Positions 56,598 through 64,000 of a stretch of 64,000 nucleotides of DNA are shown here, piece by piece. Under the pieces are notes generated by a model, which was given only the letters and a program-made list of their open reading frames with translations, made no database searches and was not told the DNA's origin. The first letter of the stretch is position 1, and every line of letters begins with the position of its first letter. The stretch spans positions 12,732-76,731 of the forward strand of contig JBFXKJ010000001.1 of assembly GCA_050173895.1 (NCBI GenBank). Reading direction: 5' to 3'. The position numbers were made by a program, and so were the translations under genes. Source of the DNA: Mangrovibacterium sp. Lineage in GTDB: Bacteria; Bacteroidota; Bacteroidia; Bacteroidales; Prolixibacteraceae.

Positions 56598-57986
56598 TCA
56601 GTTCTCGATTTGGTTCAGGAAAATTGAGACATCGCCGCGGACGATCGCCAGTTTCAGTAAGGATTGCCATGCCCTGACCGAAGCATTTTTCAGCCGGGCC
56701 TCGGCATTGAGCAAATCGTACTGCGCCCGGATCAGTTCCGTATAATCGACCAGACCCGAATTATACCGCGCCTGAAGCGCGCGGTAGGCCGATTCGCTGG
56801 CCTTGTATTCAACCGGAACTTCTGCCGCGATATGCAGCGAAGTGGATAACTCGTTCAGTGCGGTGGTTTCCTGCCGGCCGACACTGATTTTTGTCTGCCG
56901 AAGGTACTGTTCGGCCGAACGGATGAGGGCTTCCTGCCTGTTGCCCTGCAACCTGACCTGGGGCAGGTCGAGTAGGGGGAAGGTCATCTGCAGGCCAAGG
57001 CCGTAATTATAGCGGCTGAACGACCAGCCTTCCGCTTTATCTACCGTGCCGTTAAAGCTGATGCCCGAGCCACGGGCGTAAGTCGTACCCCAGAATTCCA
57101 GCTTCGGTGTCCACGAACGTTTAATTTGTTTCAGCCGGGCCTGGTTCGCTTCCAGGTCAAGCTCTGCCATTTTCAATAAGGGATTCATCGTGGAATCCAC
57201 GTCCGGACGATCATCCGGAGAATGGGGCAGGGCTGAAAAGAAAAATGAGCTAATTTCTATATCCTGCAGATTTTCCGATACCAGCAGTTCCTGCATTTGT
57301 TGCTTCTGGCTTTCAAGCAGGTTCTGCAGTTCAAAAAGCTGCGTTTTGGCTTTGGAGAGCTCCCCCTTGAATTTCAGGCTGTCCACCGCCGGACGGAGGC
57401 CGGCCGATACCAGAGAAGAAACCTGCTTCAGGTTGAAGGCGTTCCGTTCGATGTTTTTTTGCCAGGCGTTGATCAATTGTTCGGTCGCAGCCATTTCGAG
57501 GTATAAATAGGCTACTTTAAATTTTACTTTCAACACTTCGTCTTCTACGCTGGCCAACTGCTTTTCATACTGCATCTCGTTGTAAGCGATGGCCGCTGAC
57601 CTTTGCCCGAATGTGACGGGCGACCATTTAAAAAGAAGACTGGCGGCGGAACCGGGCACCGCACCGTAATTGTCGTCGGAAGGAGGACCGCTGATTGGCA
57701 TCACTTGTCCGGGGTAGCTCATCCCAGTGATGTTGTTGTAGGTGGCATAATTGGCCTGGTAAGAAGCATCGAGCGACGGAAGCAACGAATTTTTTTCCAG
57801 TGACACATTTGCCTTTGCGGCTTCGGCTTCTTCCTGCTTTGCCGCAATGGATGGATAGTTGCGCCCGGACAGATCGAGCAGTGACTTTAAGTCTGTTTGT
57901 CCGTAGGAAAGATGGAACAGAAAGTAAAATGACACCGATATGATCAGTCTTTTACTTTCCTGAATATGAAGAAACCTCCCGTTCAT
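56598..57986 (-). CDS. TolC-family outer-membrane efflux protein
   Basis: 462 aa with a tandem OEP repeat pattern. Its stop lies 1 nt before the RND start. Confidence 0.82.
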   Translation of the reverse strand: MNGRFLHIQESKRLIISVSFYFLFHLSYGQTDLKSLLDLSGRNYPSIAAKQEEAEAAKANVSLEKNSLLPSLDASYQANYATYNNITGMSYPGQVMPISGPPSDDNYGAVPGSAASLLFKWSPVTFGQRSAAIAYNEMQYEKQLASVEDEVLKVKFKVAYLYLEMAATEQLINAWQKNIERNAFNLKQVSSLVSAGLRPAVDSLKFKGELSKAKTQLFELQNLLESQKQQMQELLVSENLQDIEISSFFFSALPHSPDDRPDVDSTMNPLLKMAELDLEANQARLKQIKRSWTPKLEFWGTTYARGSGISFNGTVDKAEGWSFSRYNYGLGLQMTFPLLDLPQVRLQGNRQEALIRSAEQYLRQTKISVGRQETTALNELSTSLHIAAEVPVEYKASESAYRALQARYNSGLVDYTELIRAQYDLLNAEARLKNASVRAWQSLLKLAIVRGDVSIFLNQIEN

Positions 57987-58107
57987 TGAATGGCGAATTT
58001 ATTTTCGGTACAGAAGAGGTGAAGTCGTGCCTGCCTCTTTGTTAATTCAGATAAAAATATCTCTTTCTGCTTTCGGGCCTGTGGTAATATTAGCAGGAAG
58101 TTTGGTA

Positions 58108-58938
58108 TTATTGAAAATATTTTTTCCGGAATTGGATGGGCGTTAAGGTTTCGTGCCTTTTGAAAAACTTCACAAAATTAGACGGGTCATCGAAAGAAAG
58201 AATATAGGCGATTTCGCTAATGGTATTTTCGGTGTGTAAAATATAACGCCTGGCCTCCAGTAAAAGTTGTTCCGTAATATGGGTGCCGGCAGTTTTTCCG
58301 GAACGTTTACGGCAAACGGCGTTTAAATTCTGAGGTGTGGTATGCAGCAGCCGGGCGAATTCGTGTACTTTATGCAGGCACGGCGTTTCTTTTTCCAGCA
58401 GATCCTGGAAATTGTCGAACAGCGAAGGGAGTCTGTCATTTATGGGCGATTGTGTTTCTGCCCATTGCAGGATCCGCGCGAACAGCGCTCTTAATAAGCC
58501 ATGGATTACATGTTGCGAATGAGCTGAATTTCCGGAATATTCATCCATAATCTCGTTGAGGATGATTTCCGGGAATCGCTGATCGGGAACCTGAATACGG
58601 AAGTGAGTGCTTAGCTTGCGGTACAGGCCGATGATCGCTGTTTCTTTGAGATCGTCAAAAAAACCGGCTTTAAAAAGGACAACAAAACCTTTGGGGATGG
58701 AGGTAAACTGCCAGTAGTGCAATTGCCCTGGTTTAAGGAAGTAAAACTCCGGGGGAGAAACCTTGAAATTCCGGGATTCGATCCGGTGAAAGCCTTCTCC
58801 TTCGCTTAAATAGATCAGCTCGAAATAATCGTCGTGCTTGTGCGGTTTGGTTTTCTTGATCTGCTCCTTAAACCGGGAGATCTTAAACGCCAAACCTTCA
58901 TCCAGTTTATTTTTTATGCCGATCAGCTTGTCTTCCAT
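58108..58938 (-). CDS. AraC-family transcriptional regulator
   Basis: An N-terminal cupin-like domain is followed by a C-terminal double HTH (...FDDPSNFVKFFKRHETLTPIQFRK). It is upstream of the efflux operon. Confidence 0.85.
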   Translation of the reverse strand: MEDKLIGIKNKLDEGLAFKISRFKEQIKKTKPHKHDDYFELIYLSEGEGFHRIESRNFKVSPPEFYFLKPGQLHYWQFTSIPKGFVVLFKAGFFDDLKETAIIGLYRKLSTHFRIQVPDQRFPEIILNEIMDEYSGNSAHSQHVIHGLLRALFARILQWAETQSPINDRLPSLFDNFQDLLEKETPCLHKVHEFARLLHTTPQNLNAVCRKRSGKTAGTHITEQLLLEARRYILHTENTISEIAYILSFDDPSNFVKFFKRHETLTPIQFRKKYFQ

Positions 58939-58967
58939 GCCGATAAAGATAAGGAATATTTTGTACC

Positions 58968-60611
58968 TTAACGAGAGTTATCAGGTTTGGGAAATTCCCG
59001 CAAGGGACTATACCTCAGGTAAGAATCGAAAACTTCCGGGTCCGGTCCAGTCACCCTGGGATCGTTTGTCTTTGTCAGCTCATTCAACAGGGCCTGTTTT
59101 AATTCGCTTTCAATCGTTTTATATTTGTTCTTTCCTGCAAGATTGTTCAGGCAGAAGGGATCTTCCGTGATCCGGTATAATTCATACTCAGGTCGTTGCC
59201 CGGTGGCCCATCTGAAGTAGGGTTCTATTGCCTTATCGCGGTAATTTTCAACGATAAATGATTTTGAAGGACTGCCGTCAATGTCTGTAAAGGCCCAGTC
59301 TGAATGATGGATTCCATTTTCATCAATCCCGTACATAGGCAAGAGTTCGTCGGTGGTTTCCGGCTTGATCCGCTGCGGCGCCCCTGCAGGCCAGCGTTCA
59401 GGACGCTGATTCCAGATCAGCAGGTACTCCTCACTTCGGATCGCCCGTTGCGGATATCCCCAATTTTTATATCTCGAAGAAGAGTGCCGCTCCCGTCCGG
59501 CATAGATATATTTCCGCTCCCGGTCTACTGTACCCTGCCGGTTTGATTGAAGGATTTGTGTCATGCTTTTACCACTGATGGGCAGCATTCCTTTCTCCGA
59601 AGTTTCGGCGAGTTCGAGGATCGTTGGGGCCAGATCGACAAAGCTGACCGGATCGTCAACAATTCTCCCTCCGGGGAACTTTGCAGGATACCTGACCGCA
59701 AGCGGGACATGAACACCATATTCAAAGCAGTTAGCCTTTGCCCGTGGAAAAGGCATGCCGTTGTCGGCTGTGACGATCACGATCGTATTTTCCAACTCTC
59801 CGATACTTTTCAGATAGTCCAGCATGCGTTGCAAATGCAGGTCGAACCACTCGATCTCAACAGCGTAGTCGAGCAAATCGCCCCGAATAATTCCATCTTT
59901 CGGCAAAAATCCGGGAACATGGGCGTCTTCCTGTCTTTTTCCATTCCGTTTCCAGGAATCTTTTTCATAATCCCGGTGAGGTTCTGTAGCCCCATACCAG
60001 AAGAAGAAAGGTTTCCCTTCCGGCCTGTGGTTAATGAAATATTTAAAATTTTCAAAATAATTTACTGCTCCGATCCCTTTAGCAAAGCGCTCATCCTCTT
60101 TGCTGCCCTTGCGGTAAAGAATATGACTGCGGTCGATTCCGGCAGCATCGGTTTTACGCCATAATGAGTCGACTTCGGATCGAGCATATTGAAAAGGAGC
60201 AACTCCCTTTCCTGTTTTTCCCGTGTAATACCCGTTTGCTTCAAGCAAATCAACAAAAGGAACATATTTTTTCATCCAACTTGAGGCATGCTGCCCGGAT
60301 TGTTCATTTTGCCAGGGGTAGCGCCCGGTAACGATCGAGCTCCTGGAAGGAGCACAACCAGGCGATCCTGCATAGCAGTTGGTAAAGTATACTCCTTCTT
60401 TTGCCACCTGGTCAAATGCCGGAGTTTTGACAAAAGAGCAACCGCCAAAGCCGGTGTGGGCAAACGACTGATCATCGCTAATGGCAAATAAAATGTTGGT
60501 TCTTAAGCTCTTTGCCTGTGTCTGCACAGACATCGTTGCAGCTAAAATTAAAGCTGAAGAAAATATGGTTTCAGTGTTCATATGTAAATTTTCAGACATT
60601 CTGAATCTCAT
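58968..60611 (-). CDS. Cys-type sulfatase
   Basis: Contains SDDQS and CAPSRSSIVTG motifs and a signal peptide. The true start may be M11 (60581). Confidence 0.85.
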   Translation of the reverse strand: MRFRMSENLHMNTETIFSSALILAATMSVQTQAKSLRTNILFAISDDQSFAHTGFGGCSFVKTPAFDQVAKEGVYFTNCYAGSPGCAPSRSSIVTGRYPWQNEQSGQHASSWMKKYVPFVDLLEANGYYTGKTGKGVAPFQYARSEVDSLWRKTDAAGIDRSHILYRKGSKEDERFAKGIGAVNYFENFKYFINHRPEGKPFFFWYGATEPHRDYEKDSWKRNGKRQEDAHVPGFLPKDGIIRGDLLDYAVEIEWFDLHLQRMLDYLKSIGELENTIVIVTADNGMPFPRAKANCFEYGVHVPLAVRYPAKFPGGRIVDDPVSFVDLAPTILELAETSEKGMLPISGKSMTQILQSNRQGTVDRERKYIYAGRERHSSSRYKNWGYPQRAIRSEEYLLIWNQRPERWPAGAPQRIKPETTDELLPMYGIDENGIHHSDWAFTDIDGSPSKSFIVENYRDKAIEPYFRWATGQRPEYELYRITEDPFCLNNLAGKNKYKTIESELKQALLNELTKTNDPRVTGPDPEVFDSYLRYSPLREFPKPDNSR

Positions 60612-60764
60612 CGTTGTGTTTGGGGAACGTTTGGATGGTGAAATATAATAAAATCAACGTACAAATAAATCAACAGCAGCAACTTTTGAATCAAACAACA
60701 GTCGGGTTTAAGACTTGGCGAAATGAACTCAACAAAAAAGCATTCCAAAGTGATGGAATAATAT

Positions 60765-60799
60765 TTAAAAAACAAAAGCCCTTCATTTCTGAAAGGCTT
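60765..60799 (-). terminator. Rho-independent terminator after tRNA-Lys
   Basis: On the minus strand a 10-bp stem (AAGCCTTTCA / TGAAGGGCTT, one G-U pair) with a GAAA loop is followed by TTTGTTTTTT. Confidence 0.75.
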
Positions 60800-60810
60800 A
60801 ATTTTGAGGG

Positions 60811-60883
<73 letters not shown>

Positions 60884-60898
60884 CTTTTTTTTGTGCGA

Positions 60899-60906
60899 CA
60901 AAAATA
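60899..60906 (-). promoter_or_regulatory. Candidate -7 promoter element TATTTTTG (TAnnTTTG) for tRNA-Lys
   Basis: The motif ends 15 nt upstream of the tRNA 5' end on the minus strand. Confidence 0.4.
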
Positions 60907-61027
60907 GTTTTTTGAATTTTACCTGCCAAGGAAAACAGGAGGAATTTTCCAAATACCCGAAGATTTAACAGGGAAAGATCTTCCGGGAGGTGAGCTGTCC
61001 AAAGTGATCCGGAGCCTTCGGGAGCAA

Positions 61028-61062
61028 ATAAAAAAAGCCGTTTGGGAATGACCAAGCGGCTT
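61028..61062 (-). terminator. Rho-independent terminator after the zinc-ribbon gene
   Basis: On the minus strand, AAGCCG-C-TTGG-TCATTC-CCAA-A-CGGCTT is followed by TTTTTATTT, 25 nt after the TAA at 61087-61089. Confidence 0.65.
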
Positions 61063-61086
61063 GTATAATGGATGAGAATTGTATGA

Positions 61087-61869
61087 TTAATCTTCGGTGG
61101 GTACCGATTCCAGAATGTCTTTGTCGACCAGGATGCGTCCGCAGTATTCGCAAACGATGATCTTTTTGCGGTTGGCAATATCCATCTGGCGCTGGGGCGG
61201 GATCTTGTTAAAACACCCACCGCAGGCATCACGCTGAACCGTTACGACGGCCAGTCCGTTACGGGCATTTTTGCGGATCCGCTTGAACGCGGTCAACAGG
61301 CGCGGTTCGATCACCGATTCGATCTTTTCTCCTTTGCTCTTGAGTTTCTCTTCCTCAATGCGGGTTTCAGCAGTGATATCGTCCAGCTCTTTCTTTTTCC
61401 TTTCCAGGTCTTCTTCACGCTCTTTTAACTGAGCCCTGGCCGTTTCAATCGCTTCTTTTTTCGAAGCCAGTTCGGCCGTGAACTCCCTGATCTTTTTCTC
61501 TGAAAGTTCGATTTCGAGTCTCTGGAATTCAATTTCCTTGTTCAGTGAGTCATATTCCCGGTTGTTCCGTACATTGGTCTGCTGTTCGGAATACTTGGCG
61601 ATCAACGCTTCCGATTCCTTGATGGCGGTCTTCCGGTTGCCTACCAGGGTTTCCAATGTCTTGATATCTTCTTCGTAATTGCTGATCCTGGTCTTTAACC
61701 CGGTGATATCATCTTCCAGGTCCTGGACTTCCAGAGGAAGCTCACCACGCAGGGTCTTGATCTTATCGATTTCGGATGCAACGACCTGCAGTTCGTACAG
61801 CGCTTTGAGTTTCTCGCTGATGGGCACTGTCTTGTCTTCTTCGCGGTACTGTTGTGTATTGTTATTCAT
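61087..61869 (-). CDS. Coiled-coil protein with a C-terminal C4 zinc ribbon (COG1579/DUF164-like)
   Basis: A long heptad-rich region is followed by CGGCFNKIPPQ...CEYCGRIL. It sits in the conserved pairing downstream of nif3. Confidence 0.75.
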   Translation of the reverse strand: MNNNTQQYREEDKTVPISEKLKALYELQVVASEIDKIKTLRGELPLEVQDLEDDITGLKTRISNYEEDIKTLETLVGNRKTAIKESEALIAKYSEQQTNVRNNREYDSLNKEIEFQRLEIELSEKKIREFTAELASKKEAIETARAQLKEREEDLERKKKELDDITAETRIEEEKLKSKGEKIESVIEPRLLTAFKRIRKNARNGLAVVTVQRDACGGCFNKIPPQRQMDIANRKKIIVCEYCGRILVDKDILESVPTED

Positions 61870-61888
61870 AAACTGCTGTTATTGTTTC

Positions 61889-62986
61889 TTATATGAAATA
61901 ATTTACCGGATTCGTATTGACTTTCGACAAACGGACTGCAAATTTAGAGAATTTTTTTGTAAGTAATTCATAAAAAAGTTCTTTAGTGAATTGCTCGCTT
62001 TCAAAATGTCCAATGTCGGCCAGAACGATTTTTCCTTCAGCTTCAAAGTATTGATGGTATTTCAGGTCACCTGTCAAAAACACATCAGCTCCCGAGCTGA
62101 TGGCCTGCCTGATCAGAAAGCTGCCTGCTCCGCCGCAAACCGCCACTTTCCGGATCATTTTGTTTCGCAGCGGACTATGCTTAACCACAGGAATGCCAAA
62201 AATGTTCCTGATTTTCTGAAAAAAATCTCTTTCGTCCGTTTCTTCCGCAAGTTCGCCGGTCATCCCTGAGCCGGTTAGCTGAAACTCATTTTCGAGCGGG
62301 TAAATGTCATAAGCCACTTCTTCGTATGGATGGGAAGTCACCAGCGCCCGGATCACCTTTTTCTGTAACACCGCCGGAAAGATCGTCTCAAAGCGAACTT
62401 CTTTTTCGTAGTGGATCGTTCCTTTTTCTCCGACATAGGGATTGCTCGCCTCGTTTCCACGGAAACTTCCGGTGCCTTCAACCGTATAGGCGCACGAGTC
62501 GTAGTTCCCGATGTTTCCGCCGCCTGCCTCAAAAATAGCTTCCTGAACCTGCCGGAGGTGTTCCGTGGGGATGAAGGTGACCAGCTTTTGCAACTGCCCC
62601 TTTACCGGTGAAAGAATACTGCGTTTCACCAGTCCCAGCTTATCGCAAATCCTGCTGTTCACCCCGCCGGTGACGTTGTCCAGATTGGTATGTGCCGCGT
62701 AAACAGCGATCTTGTTCCTGATAGCTTTGATGATGCATCGCCCCGTGTCGGTCTGATCGTTCAGCCTTTTGATCCCGCTGAAAATTAAAGGATGGTGGGC
62801 GATGATAAGGTCCGATTTAACGGCAATGGCTTCGTCGATCACCTCCGGCGTCACATCAAGGGTGATAAGCGCGCTGTTCACTTCGTCGCCGGGATTCCCG
62901 ATCAACAGTCCGGAGTTATCGTACGATTCCTGATAAGCCAGAGGAGCGAGCGATTCGATGTACGATGTAATTTCAATGATACGCAT
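61889..62986 (-). CDS. Nif3-family dinuclear metal centre protein (GTP cyclohydrolase 1 type 2 homologue)
   Basis: 365 aa. The N-terminal segment YQESYDNSGL, the IIAHHPLIF motif and the C-terminal GHFESE match the NIF3 family pattern. Confidence 0.82.
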   Translation of the reverse strand: MRIIEITSYIESLAPLAYQESYDNSGLLIGNPGDEVNSALITLDVTPEVIDEAIAVKSDLIIAHHPLIFSGIKRLNDQTDTGRCIIKAIRNKIAVYAAHTNLDNVTGGVNSRICDKLGLVKRSILSPVKGQLQKLVTFIPTEHLRQVQEAIFEAGGGNIGNYDSCAYTVEGTGSFRGNEASNPYVGEKGTIHYEKEVRFETIFPAVLQKKVIRALVTSHPYEEVAYDIYPLENEFQLTGSGMTGELAEETDERDFFQKIRNIFGIPVVKHSPLRNKMIRKVAVCGGAGSFLIRQAISSGADVFLTGDLKYHQYFEAEGKIVLADIGHFESEQFTKELFYELLTKKFSKFAVRLSKVNTNPVNYFI

Positions 62987-62998
62987 GGAGAATGTTCT

Positions 62999-63337
62999 TT
63001 AGTCTATTTCAGCCTTCAGGTCTGTGAGCATTTGGCGGATCGACAAAAGACGTTCAACGAGCTCGTGGTTTTTAACCGTTTCTTCCCTGTTTGTTTTCAG
63101 TTTCTGCCTTGCTCCGCTAATGGTCATTCCCCTTTCTTTCACCAGATGATAGATCAGTTTCACCTGGTCGATATCTTCTGTGGTGAAAAGCCGGTTCCCT
63201 TTGTTGTTTTTCCGGGGACTGAGCGTCTCGAATTCCTTTTCCCAAAAACGGATCAGCGAAGCGTTCACTCCGAACATCTCCGCTACTTCTCCGATCGGGT
63301 AAAAGACTTTCTCTATTTTCGGTTTTTTATAGGGCAC
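62999..63337 (-). CDS. MerR-family transcriptional regulator
   Basis: The HTH segment is YPIGEVAEMFGVNASLIRFWEKEF...R.NNKGNRLFT. The start appears to be the GTG at 63337. Confidence 0.8.
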   Translation of the reverse strand: MPYKKPKIEKVFYPIGEVAEMFGVNASLIRFWEKEFETLSPRKNNKGNRLFTTEDIDQVKLIYHLVKERGMTISGARQKLKTNREETVKNHELVERLLSIRQMLTDLKAEID

Positions 63338-63356
63338 AACAACAGCGGTGAATTTC

Positions 63357-64000
63357 TTAGTCGTACGATTGTCCCATATTGGTCGAAATGGCGATCATGC
63401 GGTCATATTCTTCGGGTGTCAGGTCTTTGAAATAGAAGTATTGCGGATTGACCGGTTTCCCGTTTTTATGCACTTCGTAATGGACATGGGGGCCGGTAGA
63501 GGTTCCCGAGTTCCCGACATAGCCGATCACGCTTCCGCGCTTCACCATCTGGCCCTGTTTTACCTGAAACTCGTTCATGTGTCCATATAAAGTTTGATAT
63601 CCAAAGCCGTGGTCAATCACCAGTGAACGGCCATACCCGGAATGTGAATTGTCCACTTCCTTAACAACACCGTCGCCGGTGGCGTAGATTTCGGTTCCCA
63701 CCGGAGCTGTGAAATCCATTCCATAATGAAACCGGCGAATTTTATATACCGGATGAATACGAAAGCCCCATCCTGAGGCCGTTCTTTTCAGGTCCTTGTT
63801 GGAGATGGGCATGATGGCCGGAATACTGGCCAGCATTTTTTCCTTATTCTGGGCAAGTGCCAGGATTTCGTCGTATGACTTCGACTGCACGTAGGCTTCC
63901 TTGGCAATAATGTCCAGCTTGCGCGCGGTGTTAATGACAAGCTCCGAATTGTCCAGGCTTTGAAGTTGAGCGTATTTGTTAACCCCTCCAAAGCCGGCTT
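63357..64000 (-). CDS. M23-family metallopeptidase, 5'-truncated by the window edge
   Basis: HYGMDFTAPVGTEIYATGDG and GNSGTSTGPHVHYEV are M23 LytM motifs. I checked the frame codon by codon from 63891 to 63998 and found no stop. The track start at 63890 is a GTG. Confidence 0.85.
   Translation of the reverse strand, partial: AGFGGVNKYAQLQSLDNSELVINTARKLDIIAKEAYVQSKSYDEILALAQNKEKMLASIPAIMPISNKDLKRTASGWGFRIHPVYKIRRFHYGMDFTAPVGTEIYATGDGVVKEVDNSHSGYGRSLVIDHGFGYQTLYGHMNEFQVKQGQMVKRGSVIGYVGNSGTSTGPHVHYEVHKNGKPVNPQYFYFKDLTPEEYDRMIAISTNMGQSYD

Overview
This is a Bacteroidota-type chromosomal segment. It has a SusC/SusD pair, ECF-sigma/FecR modules, TAnnTTTG-like promoter elements and four Cys-type sulfatases. 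I saw no rRNA genes, CRISPR arrays, transposases or integrases.

Gene content from left to right:
1. A complete myo-inositol catabolic operon (iolJ-B-C-D-A-E-G, 1-7851). An exported metallophosphoesterase is joined to its 3' end. It faces a convergent pair made of a GDPD lipoprotein and a beta-barrel protein.
2. Stubs of a decayed ECF sigma/anti-sigma pair (11.6-11.9 kb).
3. Two sulfatases, one carrying a PA14 domain.
4. A tightly packed six-gene operon (15984-23285, minus strand) related to complex I and group 4 hydrogenases.
5. xth, followed by a histidine-utilisation operon (hutH-hutU-hutI-ftcD).
6. An orphan TonB-dependent receptor and a GH29 fucosidase.
7. A visibly lower-GC polysaccharide utilisation locus (PUL): ECF sigma, FecR, STN-SusC, SusD, a secreted amidohydrolase and GH92. 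A further ECF-sigma N-terminal stub sits at its edge.
8. A sulfatase, then a DsrE-like gene and a CDF-like membrane protein next to an arsR-arsC-arsM-acr3 operon with palindromic operator candidates.
9. An AraC regulator with a TolC-RND-MFP efflux operon, another sulfatase, and tRNA-Lys(CTT).
10. Housekeeping genes: a COG1579 zinc-ribbon protein, Nif3, MerR, and an M23 peptidase cut by the window edge.

The most interesting locus is the six-gene operon in item 4. By manual motif alignment, its large subunit lacks the N-terminal [NiFe] cysteine pair and at least one C-terminal cysteine. Its NuoB/HycG-like subunit lacks most ligands of the proximal [4Fe-4S] cluster and has instead gained an N-terminal single-cluster ferredoxin domain. 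No maturation genes, formate dehydrogenase or NuoI/HycF-type gene lie nearby. This fits the 'energy-converting hydrogenase-related' (Ehr) type, whose function is unknown.

All calls come from reading the translations and the DNA by eye. No database search was run. The ORF track shows GTG/TTG starts as 'M', so I re-evaluated several start codons.
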